DNA from: Mobula hypostoma
Taxonomy: Eukaryota
Length of the DNA: 64,000 nt
Direction of reading: 5' to 3'
Assembly (NCBI RefSeq): GCF_963921235.1
Contig: NC_086097.1
Coordinates: 203,672,001 to 203,736,000, forward strand
The translations under genes were made by a program, and so were the position numbers. Shown here in pieces: positions 63,892 to 64,000 of this stretch. How positions within the stretch are numbered: the stretch's first letter is position 1; each line of letters begins with the position of its first letter. The notes below the pieces were generated by a model that had not been told where the DNA came from, made no database searches, and saw only the letters and a list, made by a program, of their open reading frames with translations.

Positions 63892-64000
63892 GTAGTGTGT
63901 GAAGGAAGAGAAGTGGGTGCAGTCACTATTACAAGGGAGAGGGTGCTCAAAAAGCTGAAAGACCTAAGAGTACATAAGTCACCTGGACAGATGAACTGCA
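63892..64000 (+). mobile_element. CR1 ORF2 fragment (continues beyond the window), same family as 8480-13378
   Basis: Close match to 10798-10906. Confidence 0.88.

Noticed and set aside
1..64000. CRISPR arrays, prokaryotic operons, rRNA or true tRNA genes
   Set aside because: None seen; the short tandem units are LINE tails and microsatellites in eukaryotic DNA

Overview
Eukaryotic (vertebrate) genomic DNA. The repeat content suggests a cartilaginous fish (ray or shark); this is an inference. The window looks intronic or intergenic and contains no recognisable host gene. It is dominated by nested transposable elements: several CR1 LINE families (one young family with four near-identical copies, SGNH-esterase ORF1 plus APE-RT ORF2), a complete but decayed Gypsy LTR retrotransposon (tRNA-Trp PBS, 4-bp TSD), a Sleeping Beauty-like Tc1 element with two right-hand IR/DR ends, L1, RTE, Rex/Babar, L2 and Penelope remnants, V-type tRNA SINEs, and about ten short Penelope-type repeats carrying hammerhead-ribozyme cores. 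Most interesting signal: three different CR1 lineages keep a T_TTA_AAC slippery heptamer immediately before the ORF1 stop, with ORF2 opening in the -1 frame. In the youngest family ORF2 has no AUG before the middle of the endonuclease domain, which suggests gag-pol-like -1 ribosomal frameshifting in a LINE. Weak splice-signal candidates (microexons, a recursive-splice-like site, a minus-strand exon chain) are reported at low confidence. Family assignments are by recognition of motifs, not by database search.
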